This document shows positions 23,505 to 35,084 of a stretch of DNA of 64,000 bases, piece after piece. The DNA comes from Corallochytrium limacisporum Hawaii. Its lineage: Eukaryota > Protista > Pluriformea. Position 1 is the first letter of the stretch. Each line of letters opens with the position of its first letter. A program made the position numbers and the translations under genes. The DNA lies in assembly GCA_002811645.1 (NCBI GenBank), contig PDIP01000019.1:252404-316403 (forward strand), given 5' to 3'. The notes under the pieces were generated by a model. It was not told the origin of the DNA. It did not search any database and was given only the letters and a program-made list of their open reading frames with translations.

Positions 23505-25192
23505 CAAAAAGGCACCCAAACAATAAAATCTCCGGATAAAGAAAAGAGAGAGAGAGAGACACACACACATTCACTGTGAAGAGAGGGAGAAGAGGGGAGA
23601 AAAAAAGGAGAAACAGCAGTAGTTATAAATTCCCTACCCATTTCACCCGCGAAAGACTTAAAAAATTATGAGCTGCAACCAACAGATAACAACAAAGAAA
23701 AGAAGGAGGAAACGGAGAGAGGGAAGAAAATACAGTCAAAGAGAGAGAGGTAAAAACCCGCAAAGAAATTCTCAAAACTTCACACTCAACGAATACAAAC
23801 AGATAGAAACCTCTTCCGTCATCTGAGCTGAGTATGCACCAACCAAAGAATTTTTTCCTTCCTGGACAACAAAAAAGACCCCCCCCCCACAACCCTTCCC
23901 TCACCCCGGGCTGGGGGGGGGGGAGGTTGAGATCGGTGTGGGTTTCCATTGCGGAATTTGGAAGAAGAAGAAATTATACACCAAAAACTGAAACATTTTA
24001 TGAATTTATCGCTCAGAAAACTTCGTTCGTAGGGTATACATAGGGTATATCCTGATCAAAATCTTCTTCACAATCTGAGGCAGCCATCTGGTGCAGCTGC
24101 ATCACCAAGCGATGGGGGATAATGCGCAGGGGTCCGCGCGGAGTATGTGGGTCCGCCGGTGCCCGCGAAATCCACACCCAATCCCCGTCATTATCTCTCT
24201 TATATTCACTATGAAAATTTGTCTTTCTTCGGTCGATAGGGGAAGGGGTTGCAGACCAAAGAGCTATCCCCGCTCGTGTGTGGTGACGAAAGCACAGTGC
24301 AGGGCTGCGCCATCGCGCGCGGCGCACTCCCCCCCGTGGGCCGGGGGAGGGGTCAGCGAATTCTTTCCTTTTTTTTTTTGAGTAAGAAGTCCTAATAAAA
24401 GGAAACAGTGGGTAAGAGAAAAGAATTGGAAAAAAAATGGAAAGGATTGAGATGGAATCTCTTAAAAGAAATTGAAAGAGAGACGAGAGACAAGAGAGAG
24501 AGAGAGAGAGAGAGAGATAGACAAAATTCCTCCATCTCCTTCCTTAAAACCCCTTTTCTTTATTTATACACGATCGGACGGGGAGCTAGCCGTATAGAAT
24601 GCGACTGTCCAATGTGAACACCTCAGTATATTAAAACCAGTGCGCAGGAACTTCCGGGGCAAGGGAGAGGGAGACCTTGAAAGAAGAAATAGTGAACAAA
24701 GGCAAAAAAAAAGGGGTGAAAAAAGAAAAGGAGGGACAAGTCTAAAAAAATGGGACAGGCAAAACAAAAGAGCGTAAGACTGGGCGCGGGTCAGTGAATT
24801 TTGCAAGCAACAATTGCCAGCCAGAAGAGTATGGAAATCAGTACACACCCAAAACCTTACGAAAGAAAATCTTAGAAACCAGAATATGACTCATCACTTC
24901 AAAGGTACGCCCCAACTCCATCCCCCTCCTCATCCTTTTCGGAGCACACTGTGGGTTATTGTGCAAGTGTTTTCAATATTTCTATGTTTCCCTTTCTCTT
25001 TTTTCTTTTTCTTTTGGGTCTCTGGTGAAAAATCTTCGCCCCCCTCCCCGTCCCTCTCACCCTCTCTTTTCGTTCGCCTCTCCTCTCCGCTCCCCTTCTT
25101 TCTCCCCTTTTGCCACCATAGGCCACCCGGTCCTGACAGAAAATTTTCTGGGAAAGAACCAGCCACAGGGGAAGGCACACAAACGAGCTTTT

Positions 25193-25216
25193 GCAGCAGC
25201 AGCAGCAGCAGCAGCA
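25193..25216. repeat. (GCA)8 trinucleotide repeat, non-coding
   Basis: gcagcagca... in intergenic DNA. Confidence 0.9.
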
Positions 25217-26994
25217 AATGGCTCGGGCACTGGCCCGGCGGTCTTTGTAATTTTTCCTTTTTTTTGTTTTTGCCCTTGGCGCAGGTACTCAGGGAGAGAG
25301 AGTGAGAGAGAGAGAGGCCAGACGGGCTGGGCCCATGGTCCCGTGGCACGGCCTGACCCTCAGCAGCGGGTGCTGGCCCAGGCCTCTCAGGGGGGCCGTG
25401 TCCAGCAAAGCGGGTCCCAGAACAGCCTCTCATCCCATGGGACGTGCTCGGCTGGGTGTCCATGGAACTGAGAGCCTGATGGTTCCGTATTTACCAAAAG
25501 AACGTGAGCTGATGGGATGAGCCCTGATGGAGATGGGAGTTGTGCGGAAGCAATACCCGTCCCCTGCCGTCCACGATGATGGCCATCACTATCCCCCAGA
25601 CACACGGGCATGTTTACAATTCTGTTTGGTGTCCTGCCCCCGGCCCCCATTGCAATACAATGACTTGGTGTCATTACCCACGGCTACCAGTGACGGACGT
25701 CATGAGAATACGCTTTTGAGGAGCAAAGAATAGACACTCCGTGCACACATGTCGCAGCACTTGGCCCCCGGATCCGGCAAAGGGAGGAGAGACCACGCAC
25801 CAGTGCGGTGATGGACACTCCCCATGTTAATAATACTACTAAGCTCTCAGCCGAGGTGACCATCGGAAGGGGGTGACGCATCGGGGGCCCCGATAGCGAT
25901 CTCCTCAGCCCTCTTTGGGGGGCCGTGGACTGAACTTGGGGGGAGGCACGTGTGCAGCTAGAACGCTTTGTTTGTTAGAAACAAGGCATTTACTCATGTT
26001 GTGATCTATCCAGTCATCGCACACGTTTGAGATGTGTGAGGATGGTGGTGGGATGATGGTCTTGGAGGATGGGAGCATCCCTCTCCCGGGCCCACCGTGG
26101 CTCTTCCAAAGCCGCCCCGCCGGCCCCCCCCCCTCCTCCTGCCTTTTCGCTTGTGGCCCATATTCGTCCCGCGACGATTGTGTTTTTCTGTGGACCCCAT
26201 TATTTCAGTTTGTAAGCGTAGCCGTCAGTCCGTGACGCAAAATTATTCTCAGAGGCAGTTTGAGGGGGAGGCCCCCCCCCCCCGGCGGGGGTTGCGGGGG
26301 GGGGTTGGTTTTGAATCTCGTCGCTAGTGCACACTGCCACCAAGCGCTGAAGTAATGCGCGTTGGCCCCCCCTTCCCCCGGGGGGGGGGAGGGGGATCCC
26401 TTTCCCAGGTCGGTGGTCAGCCCGCGCGCCGCCCTGGAAAGGGTGAGTAAGTGAGGAGCAAAAAACGAGGGCGCGCCCTTGGTGGTGTGCCAGCTCACAA
26501 GTCTCCGGGATGGGAGGAGATGAGGTGCGATGGGATGAGATGGTAGAGTGTGGTACGTGGGTTTGGTTCCTGGGATTTTTGTCGTTGTTCTAATTGAGCC
26601 ATCAGTAAAGTGATGTTAAACTCTGGTGTACCGCTTATAGGGATGAAGGGGTTTCATACCTAGAAAGCGGACTTTGGAAAAATTTGCCGGGTAGAGCAGC
26701 GTATTACAGCGCAATGGCCGCTGGGGATCCGCTGCCCGGGTTTAGTGTCGTGTCGATGGGAAGTTGGGTTACAGACTGTCAAATATGGAACTGAGGCCTG
26801 GTTGTATTACCGTTGTGACCTGTGCTTGGTGTGAAACAAGGCGTGGGCCGCTCAGGTCTTAGCGACAGAAGGTATGTCAGGACGGATCCCGACGGAAACT
26901 CGGGCGAACAGGATTCCGTCAGCAATTGCATCGAACTGTGTAGATCCAACGCAGATAGAATTGGAAGCGTTCTTGAAACGCACATCCTGTTACA

Positions 26995-28704
26995 ATGGCA
27001 ATAACTTCAGTGCCTTCCTATGGCGACCATCCGGCCAAGAACGACAATCAGCAGCAGATCAAGACCAGTGATCTCTTCGTACGCTCACTGGAGGCAGAGG
27101 GTGTCGAATTCTGTTTTGCCATTCCCGGCGAGGAGAATTTGGATATCCTAGAATCTCTGCGCACATCCAAGATTCAGCTGGTTGTGTGTCGTCATGAGCA
27201 GGCCGCTGGGTTCATGGCTGCCACTGTGGGCCGCCTGACCGGCAAAACCGGTGTATGCCTGGCAACCCTGGGACCCGGTGCCACCAACTTTGTCACCGCC
27301 GCTGCCTATGGCCAGCTGGGTGCTTTCCCAATGCTCATGATCACGGGTCAGAAACCCATCCGGCACTCAAAGCAGGGGGCTTTCCAGATTGTCGACGTGG
27401 TGAGCATGATGGCTGCCCTGACCAAGTATGCCAAACAGCTGGTCAGTGGCTTCCAGGTGCCTTCTCTGGTCCGCGAATCGTTCCGCATCGCCGAGGAGGA
27501 GCGCCCCGGTGCCGTCCACCTTGAACTGCCCGAGGACATTGCCGCGGAAATGATTCCGGGATCAGTTCGACCGTTCACAGCCGAGAAGATCCGTCGTCCG
27601 GCTGGCGAGGACAAGGCCATCAAGATTGCTGTGGAGATGATTGAGAAAGCTACGAAACCTTTGCTGCTGATCGGCGCAGGCGCCAACCGCAAGTTGGCCT
27701 CCAACATGCTCACGCAGCTGGTGGACGAGACGGGTATTCCCTTCTTCGTTACTCAAATGGGCAAGGGTGTGGTGAACGATGACCATCCACTGTGCCTGGG
27801 TACCGCCGCCCTTTCCGACCACGACTTCGTCCACATGAGTGTCGCTGAGGCCGATCTTATCATCAACGTTGGTCATGACGTGGTTGAGAAGCCCCCGTTC
27901 TTCATGCACCAGGGAGAGAAGCGTAAGGTCATACACGTCAACTTTACGTCGGCCCAGGTTGATCAAGTGTACTTCCCTCAGCATGAGGTCGTCGGGGACA
28001 TTGGCAACAGCGTGTGGCAGATCAAGCAGAGCATTCGGAAGCAGGTTCACTGGGACTTCTCATACTTCATGAAGCAGAAGGCTGCCCTCGACAGGCACCT
28101 CGCCCGTGACTCCACCGACGAACGCTTCCCCATGATCCCTCAGCGCATTATCAAAGATCTCCGTGATATCATGCCCGATGACGGCATTGTCTGTCTGGAC
28201 AATGGTATGTACAAAGTGTGGTTTGCACGCTACTACCGTGCCCGTGAGCGTAACACGCTCCTGCTTGACAATGCGCTGGCCACCATGGGTGCCGGTCTGC
28301 CGAGCGCTATGGCAGCCAAGATGGTGTTCCCGAACCGCAAAGTCGTGGCTGTGACCGGTGACGGTGGTTTCATGATGAATGCCCAGGAGCTTGAGACCGC
28401 AGTGCGTTTGAAGCAGCACCTGGTGGTGATCATCATCAATGACAATGCTTACGGAATGATCAAGTGGAAGCAGCATGACGGCGGGTTCGAGGACTGGGGT
28501 CTGGACCTCGACAACCCGGACTTTGTCAAGTTTGCTGAGGCCCATGGGGCCCATGGTCATCGCATCACATCCGTTTCTGACTTCACGAGCACTATCAGTA
28601 AATGCCTGAACGAAGCCGGCGTGCATCTGGTCGACTGCCCTGTCGACTACAGTGAGAACATCAAGGTGCTGAGCGAGGAGCTGAAGAACATCCATATCGA
28701 ATAA
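26995..28704 (+). CDS. ThDP-dependent enzyme, bacterial acetolactate-synthase-large-subunit-like; candidate 2-oxoglutarate or other 2-oxo-acid decarboxylase
   Basis: IPGEENLD, catalytic RHEQAAGFMA, TLGPGATN, ThDP motif GDGGFMMNAQELETA...NDNAYG and C-terminal DCPVDYSEN, shared with cyanobacterial OgdA-type proteins. An in-frame TGA at 26974 excludes an N-terminal extension. Confidence 0.9.
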   Translation: MAITSVPSYGDHPAKNDNQQQIKTSDLFVRSLEAEGVEFCFAIPGEENLDILESLRTSKIQLVVCRHEQAAGFMAATVGRLTGKTGVCLATLGPGATNFVTAAAYGQLGAFPMLMITGQKPIRHSKQGAFQIVDVVSMMAALTKYAKQLVSGFQVPSLVRESFRIAEEERPGAVHLELPEDIAAEMIPGSVRPFTAEKIRRPAGEDKAIKIAVEMIEKATKPLLLIGAGANRKLASNMLTQLVDETGIPFFVTQMGKGVVNDDHPLCLGTAALSDHDFVHMSVAEADLIINVGHDVVEKPPFFMHQGEKRKVIHVNFTSAQVDQVYFPQHEVVGDIGNSVWQIKQSIRKQVHWDFSYFMKQKAALDRHLARDSTDERFPMIPQRIIKDLRDIMPDDGIVCLDNGMYKVWFARYYRARERNTLLLDNALATMGAGLPSAMAAKMVFPNRKVVAVTGDGGFMMNAQELETAVRLKQHLVVIIINDNAYGMIKWKQHDGGFEDWGLDLDNPDFVKFAEAHGAHGHRITSVSDFTSTISKCLNEAGVHLVDCPVDYSENIKVLSEELKNIHIE

Positions 28705-29318
28705 GTCGGTACCTTGCACACAATCTAAGAAAACAGGAGCACACACAGATGAGACAACGCACAACCCCCGCATAAATCAAATGTTTCAGATACAATGACA
28801 ACCAGACTCCCTTTTGCTTCCGTTGCCCCTTCGCATCCACTCTCACATCCGGACCATGTGCCCTCGGAAGTCCGACACAAGCTCGAAAGTGGTTGGTATC
28901 ACCGGATGTCAAAGCCCAGCTGGGGTTTTAAGCTCGTGCTGATTATCTTCTGTGGTCCACGCGAGCAATTAAACAGAAGGGAAAAACTTCTCAATAGATT
29001 AAGTACCGACTTACTGAATACCCAACCCCTTCTTGTCCGGTGCCTTATCTTTCACCGAAGGTGGTTCCAAAGGACGTGGCATCGGGCACCGATAGCGAAA
29101 CGAAGGAGGAGATGTATACGCGCGGAACGTCTGCCGGAAAGGGGGCGCACCTTCCCGTCTCGGCAAAAGGTGTACCCACATCCACAGTTCCCGCTGGTGG
29201 ACAAATTCAGTAGCCACCACAGCGGGCAACCGGTGCTGCACTGCTGCACTTTTTGGTCCGGTGCGGAAACCTCGCGATTAGGGAGCGAGGAAACGGAGGA
29301 CGGGGGTTAAGAGAGGGG

Positions 29319-29403
29319 NNNNNNNNNNNNNNNNNNNNNNNNNNNNNNNNNNNNNNNNNNNNNNNNNNNNNNNNNNNNNNNNNNNNNNNNNNNNNNNNNN
29401 NNN
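29319..29403. other. Assembly gap (N run) flanked by poly-G
   Basis: 85 N. Confidence 0.99.
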
Positions 29404-29596
29404 NGGGGGGGAGGCAAGAGAGCGGGAGAGCGAGGACGGGTTCGGGAGGAGGATTAGGTAGCGGTTTCACCCTAATTTTTTGCCGATTTGTCGTTTCCTT
29501 CCCCTTTTTTGGTGCCGCGGTTTTTGTTTGTAGGGCTGGGCCTTTACTTGCCCACGTAGCGCCACGGGCAGTGCCATGACTTGACCAGGGGGAAGG

Positions 29597-29654
29597 GGAG
29601 AGAGAGAGAGAGAGGGAGAGAAAGGAGAAAGAGAGAGAGAAAGGAGAGAGAGAA

Positions 29655-29732
<78 letters not shown>
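29597..29732. repeat. Long imperfect (GA)n microsatellite upstream of acetyl-CoA synthetase
   Basis: ~135 nt almost pure GA dinucleotide/purine tract. Confidence 0.95.
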
Positions 29733-29733
<1 letters not shown>

Positions 29734-30056
29734 GAGGGAGGGAGAAGAGGCAGACAAACCGCGGTTCTCCGCTGCTTATGGACCTTAGAGCCCCAGCTCG
29801 CGGGCGGACCCGACAGGAAAACAATCGAAAATCTGCCAGCCGCGGGCAGTTCAAGAGGTGTAGATTTGCAGACGCGGCACATCCGAACACTCTCAGGGTT
29901 GACCTTTGCATTGTTGGACGGTGTTGGGATGTGCTGTGACGTCTGGGGTGGTATTAAGAATTACTCACTTATTTAAGAGGTGGTACCGTCACAAGGATTG
30001 GTTCCGCAGTGGATATCGTAATACCCACGTTTACACACGACAGGCAAGTCCAAACC

Positions 30057-32054
30057 ATGGTGACCGCTGCATCACAGCACGATGGTCGGGTGTACCACCC
30101 GAACAAGGACTCTACAGCCAAGGGCTGGGTGCATAGCATGAAGGAGTACCAAGAATTATACGACCAGTCGATCAATGACCCCGATGCATTCTGGAGCAAG
30201 ATTGCGGAACGATTTTACTGGAAACAGAAGTGGGAGAACCTGAAGGACGTGAACTTCTCGCGCAAAGCAGGTCCGGTGAGCATCAAGTGGTTCGTCGGGG
30301 CCAAGACCAACGTCTGCTACAACTGCGTCGATCGCCACGTTCTCTATGGTCTCGGCGATCGGACTGCTCTGATTTTTGAGGGCAATGACCCCACTGACGA
30401 TGCCAAGATGAGTTACGGTCAGTTGTACGCTGAGGTACAGAAGTTTGCCAATGTGCTGAAGAGTCTGGGAGTGAAGAAGGGTGACTGTGTTGCCATCTAC
30501 CTGCCCATGATTTTTGAACTGCCGGTGGCAATGCTGGCCTGCGCCCGTATCGGTGCCGTCCACTCCATCGTTTTCGGAGGCTTCAGTGCGGAAGCGCTTG
30601 GTGCTCGCTTGGTGGATGCTGGGTGTGACGTGCTTATCACTGCCGACGGTACCTTCCGCGGAAAGAAGTGCGTGCCACTGAAGAAAATTGCGGACGAAGC
30701 CTGCGACATTGCGGCAAGGAAGGGACAAACTGTCAGGACCTGCGTCGTGGTGCGTCGCCTGGGGGACAAGTGCCCCGACGGCATCTATGACTTCCACGAG
30801 GGCCGTGACCAGCTCTGGAGTGAACTAATGACCAAGGCTGACCCTGAATGTGAATGTGAATGGATGGATGCAGAGGATCCTCTGTTTATGCTTTACACCT
30901 CTGGATCCACAGGCAAGCCCAAGGGTGCGCTGCACACAACTGCGGGCTACATGGTATGGGCAGCCACAACCTTCCGGTACACATTCTCTTATCATGAGAA
31001 CGATATTTACTGGTGCACTGCCGATCTTGGATGGATCACGGGTCACTCTTACATAACCTACGGGCCCCTGGCCAATGCGGCCACTTCGATTGTTTTCGAA
31101 GGCATTCCCACCTATCCGGATCCCGGTCGTTTGTGGCAAGTTTGCGAAAAGTACAAAGTCAACCAGTTTTACACCGCCCCCACTGCTATCCGCGCGCTGA
31201 TGAAGTTTGGGGATGAGTACGTGAACAGGTGCAACCTCAGCAGTCTGCAGGTGCTGGGCACAGTGGGCGAGCCCATCAACCCAGAAGCGTGGCGCTGGTA
31301 CTACTCAGTGGTCGGCGGAGGAAAGTGCCCTGTTGTGGACACTTGGTGGCAAACCGAGACTGGTGGCCACATGCTAACTCCCCTGCCCGGTGTCACACCA
31401 CTGAAGGCTGGCAGTGCAACTCTGCCCATGTTTGGTGTCATTCCTGCTGTGATTGACAAGGACTCTGGGAAAGAAATCGACGGCCCTGGCGACGGCTTCC
31501 TGGTCATCAAGAACAGCTGGCCCGGCCAGATGCGCACGGTTTACGGTGACCATCAGCGGTTCGAGGCCACTTATTTCAGCCAGTTCGATGGCTATTACTT
31601 TACCGGTGATGGTTGCCAGCGGGACGAGGATGGCTACTACTGGATCACTGGTCGTGTTGATGATGTGTTGAATGTGTCTGGACACCGCATTGGTACAGCT
31701 GAGTTGGAAGCTGCCCTGACCTCCACGCCGAAGGTCAGTGAGGCTGCGGTTGTTGGCTTCCCGCATGACGTCAAGGGAGAGGGTATCTATGCGTACGTTA
31801 TTTTGTCCGACGGCCATGATGGAAGCTCGGAGCTCGAACAGGAGCTCAAGCAGGTCATCCGCAAAGACATTGGCCCGTTCGCCACTCCAGACTACTTCCA
31901 GTTCGTGCCTGGTCTGCCCAAGACCCGTTCCGGTAAGATCATGCGCCGAATTCTCCGCAAGATCGCCCACCACGAGGAGGACCAACTTGGTGACACTTCA
32001 ACGTTGGCCGATCCGGACGTTGTGAATGTACTCATCGAGGGTCGCAGACAGTAA
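30057..32054 (+). CDS. Acetyl-CoA synthetase (AMP-forming), cytosolic ACSS2/ACS type
   Basis: [54 protein letters not shown] and [11 protein letters not shown]. First ATG (aaaccATGg) is at 30057; no presequence. Confidence 0.95.
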   Translation: MVTAASQHDGRVYHPNKDSTAKGWVHSMKEYQELYDQSINDPDAFWSKIAERFYWKQKWENLKDVNFSRKAGPVSIKWFVGAKTNVCYNCVDRHVLYGLGDRTALIFEGNDPTDDAKMSYGQLYAEVQKFANVLKSLGVKKGDCVAIYLPMIFELPVAMLACARIGAVHSIVFGGFSAEALGARLVDAGCDVLITADGTFRGKKCVPLKKIADEACDIAARKGQTVRTCVVVRRLGDKCPDGIYDFHEGRDQLWSELMTKADPECECEWMDAEDPLFMLYTSGSTGKPKGALHTTAGYMVWAATTFRYTFSYHENDIYWCTADLGWITGHSYITYGPLANAATSIVFEGIPTYPDPGRLWQVCEKYKVNQFYTAPTAIRALMKFGDEYVNRCNLSSLQVLGTVGEPINPEAWRWYYSVVGGGKCPVVDTWWQTETGGHMLTPLPGVTPLKAGSATLPMFGVIPAVIDKDSGKEIDGPGDGFLVIKNSWPGQMRTVYGDHQRFEATYFSQFDGYYFTGDGCQRDEDGYYWITGRVDDVLNVSGHRIGTAELEAALTSTPKVSEAAVVGFPHDVKGEGIYAYVILSDGHDGSSELEQELKQVIRKDIGPFATPDYFQFVPGLPKTRSGKIMRRILRKIAHHEEDQLGDTSTLADPDVVNVLIEGRRQ

Positions 32055-32768
32055 AGCAAGATTGACTCCCACTGCGCCCATTTATAAATATTTCCCTGTC
32101 CGGGGCGAAGCACAGCAAACACCGCGTATGCAACCGAAATATCCGGACCTTTCTATAATGCTTGCCACTCTAATTAAAGTATGATTTTTCATTCTGAGAG
32201 CACCCAGTATAAATTATACGGACGGCCTTACAATTACATCCCAGATGATTCACGTGGGTGGCAAGGCAGTGCATAGTAAATGTACCACTACCAAAGGATA
32301 AGAATTTGCCGGCGAGACCCAATAGGGGCGGAGGTGAGAGGTTAAAGCACCGCATAGGCAAGCGGCGCAAGGGGAAAGTGGGACGAGGCGGGCACCAAAC
32401 AGAGGCCGCACACATGACCGTGCGTGCGTAACGGGGAGGTCGCCGCTGGTTGCCAGATGTTTGCGACGGTTCTCGATGCGTGTGCGAACATTGACGGTGC
32501 TCATCAGCAGCGGTTATCGCATTCGCACAGGGCATGTTGATTGGACTGTAGGTCTACAGATACTGATATTGCGATCATAGTCGCAATCGAGAGGCTACTT
32601 GAAGGGTCTTGGGCCGAAGGGGGATGCAACAAAAACGCAGAGACCTGGTAAGCGTAGTATAGTTCGTGGTATTCTTGTCAGATGCCTATGACAAGCATGT
32701 GTGCACAAATCGGGTAAAACCATAAAGAAATCATTGGCCATAATAGTATAGAAACATAACAAATAACC

Positions 32769-35084
32769 ATGTTGGGGCTGGCAGGGCAGTCACTCCGACA
32801 GGGACTAGTCGCAAAGGCGAATACCAGCGCAGGAATTTGGATTCCTCGCGCCGGCATGGCCATGACGAAGTCCGATCAGAAAAAGCGACCAACAAAACAC
32901 ACCGAATTCAGGAAGGATCCCTGGCAGATAGGTTTATTCAAGCGTAAGTCTGTCGAGGAAGTGCTTACATACATGCGAGAGACCAGGGACGGCACACAAT
33001 TGTTGGGAGCGAGCGGTCGCGATATTACACCGCACAAAGCAGGCTTCTCTTTGATGACTCTGGCAGCCTATGCCTTCGATGAGGCTACGCCACATGGTAA
33101 CTGGGCCCACTTCCATAACTATTTGCAGACTGAGCCAATCATCAGAGACTACTGGCGTTTGAGCCAGATGGATGCTCGAAAGAAAGGGTATATCTGGGAC
33201 AACGGCCGGATTGCCTATGCCATGGAGCAGTTCAACATTGCCAGCGAGGACTTTACCCTTGCAACGGTTGAAAAACTGGGCTACCAGAGAAAGGAGAAGG
33301 CACGGCTGGATCCGTTCCGGTCGGGCATGATTGTTCGTGGGATGAGTGCCGCACTGCCGAGTGACCCGGTGAAGAGGGCAGCGGCCAAGCGTGCTATTGC
33401 CGGAATCATGGACGTCAATACGGAGCTATTGCCATTCATTAAGAAGGTCAGTGAGCTATCGTTCCTTACTCTAGCAGCTGAATTCGGAGGGGTGAATTGT
33501 ATGAATGATCACAAATTTATGGAACAGCTTAGTCGAATTTTGTGGTCGAGAGTACAGTCTATGGACAATCGGCTCGGTGGCCGCAATATTCTGCGTCTGC
33601 ACCGCCTGGGATCAGCTGAAGAGCATATTTACCCTGCACTGGTACGTGAGTTGAAAAACAAGGTCCGTCTGCCCACAGAATATGCAGACTTTGACCTTAC
33701 GTTCTATTCCGCCATGACCATTAGTCATGTCACGAGACCGGATCATCGCGAGGTCCTCAATCGTCTTTGGAATGCGGCAGGGGAGAATACCAGCAAACTA
33801 ACCATTGATGACATTGAAAAATATCTGAGGCAACTGCCTGATGATCTGTCAATGATTAGCGGCTTCCAGGCGGCTTCAGTAGTCAACGGTTTGCTTCACC
33901 GTATCAAGGCCCTGGGCACTGCTGTAGTTGACAAGAGCCTAAGTGACCTGGCCTGTGTTAACTTCTATGAGTCCCTTGCCAACCATGGCTACGCACTGGA
34001 TGCTGAAGCTCGCGAAGCAGTTGACAAGATCCTGGTGCCGCGCATCAAGAAACTAAGTCTGGATGATCCCGCACTCGGAGACAGGTGGTTCGCACAAGTG
34101 GTGGGAGGCCTCGGTGCAGTTGACAGTGGTCACTTTGTGGAACGTGTGGTGGACCATCAGCTGAATCGTACGTTGGATCATAAGCCAAACGGAGAGACTT
34201 CAACCTTGGGCCTTATTACTCTGGCCCATAACGTTGCCAGGGACTGCCACCGTGCTGACCTTTCAAAGACAATCTTGGAGCACTTAGGAAAGCGACTGGA
34301 TGCTGAATTGGGCGCTGATTCCGTCGAGGTGCACGGTGTCCCTGGCAGCCCTGGAATGCTTGACCAGGGTGAGACACCGCCGAGGGGCATGCGCGCTTTG
34401 CTCTACCCCACAGAGAGAATGTGCATGCGTTTGGTGAACACCGAGACCATGATTCGGGAACAGGTAGACCCAACCTTTGAGCTCGACCTGGACGAGAAGG
34501 TCCGAGCACGTGGGCTGTTCGCCCGCCATGAAGAGCTACAAACCGGAGAGGTTGCACAAGACGGATGGCTGCTGGACCGCCTGAAAGTCTTGCTCAAGCG
34601 CCGAGAACATTTTGTGGCCATGACGGCCCGCGATCCCTTGATGCAGGAAGGAGTAGCCCAACTGTACGTCAGTGATAAGGGTCACGGAACTGGGTTCGCT
34701 AGTCCGCATGAGGAAACGCCACCCACTGCCATCCTTCTGGTGACCCCACGAGATGTGCGTCACGTCAAAGGTGCCCTTCCCGGTCCTGTGGACTCCACCA
34801 AGGAGTTCAAGGCCATCGAGAAGGACCTGTCCCTGGACACTACTGCGCAGGACCTCAGCGTACGCATGTCTTGGATTGACAACTATAAACGTCTCCGCAA
34901 AGACGGCTTCAAGAATATCTCTGTGCTGCCGTACTGGGAGTACCGCAATCTCAAGATCGACTACACCGCTGCAAAGGAACAAGACAAGTACCGTGAGGTC
35001 GACGCCTATCTGAACCAGAGCTTGCCATCGCTTATGAAGCGCGTTGAGGTCGCAGAACCCACGGTTGGTGGCGTAACGGCGTAA
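32769..35084 (+). CDS. Mitochondrial helical protein with C-terminal RAP-like domain (FASTK-like RNA-processing factor)
   Basis: 771-aa ORF; acid-free Arg/Ala/Leu/Gly presequence; C-terminal KRLRKDGFKNISVLPYWEY resembles the RAP signature (xxLxxxGxxxxxIPYxEW). Confidence 0.6.
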   Translation: MLGLAGQSLRQGLVAKANTSAGIWIPRAGMAMTKSDQKKRPTKHTEFRKDPWQIGLFKRKSVEEVLTYMRETRDGTQLLGASGRDITPHKAGFSLMTLAAYAFDEATPHGNWAHFHNYLQTEPIIRDYWRLSQMDARKKGYIWDNGRIAYAMEQFNIASEDFTLATVEKLGYQRKEKARLDPFRSGMIVRGMSAALPSDPVKRAAAKRAIAGIMDVNTELLPFIKKVSELSFLTLAAEFGGVNCMNDHKFMEQLSRILWSRVQSMDNRLGGRNILRLHRLGSAEEHIYPALVRELKNKVRLPTEYADFDLTFYSAMTISHVTRPDHREVLNRLWNAAGENTSKLTIDDIEKYLRQLPDDLSMISGFQAASVVNGLLHRIKALGTAVVDKSLSDLACVNFYESLANHGYALDAEAREAVDKILVPRIKKLSLDDPALGDRWFAQVVGGLGAVDSGHFVERVVDHQLNRTLDHKPNGETSTLGLITLAHNVARDCHRADLSKTILEHLGKRLDAELGADSVEVHGVPGSPGMLDQGETPPRGMRALLYPTERMCMRLVNTETMIREQVDPTFELDLDEKVRARGLFARHEELQTGEVAQDGWLLDRLKVLLKRREHFVAMTARDPLMQEGVAQLYVSDKGHGTGFASPHEETPPTAILLVTPRDVRHVKGALPGPVDSTKEFKAIEKDLSLDTTAQDLSVRMSWIDNYKRLRKDGFKNISVLPYWEYRNLKIDYTAAKEQDKYREVDAYLNQSLPSLMKRVEVAEPTVGGVTA

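Noticed and set aside
23068-25500. Many short ORFs with (SL)n/(RE)n/(CV)n runs here and near 29200-29980, 37400-38960, 42300-42660 and 47850-48900
   Set aside because: Translations of microsatellites and homopolymers, not genes.
26995-28704. Calling the ThDP gene the biosynthetic acetohydroxyacid synthase (ILV2/ilvB)
   Set aside because: It has no organellar presequence, and its motifs (PGEENL, DYSEN) fit the OgdA-like bacterial subgroup. Function is left open.
20551-28704. Bacterial contamination as the source of the ALDH/ThDP pair
   Set aside because: The genes are 4.85 kb apart with eukaryotic microsatellites between them, the ALDH has a presequence, and there is no N gap between them and the ABCF3/CKI side.
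30009-30056. GTG/TTG starts from the ORF track (ACS 30009, Fox 42935, Ser-rich 37194)
   Set aside because: Eukaryotic context; the first in-frame ATG was used instead.
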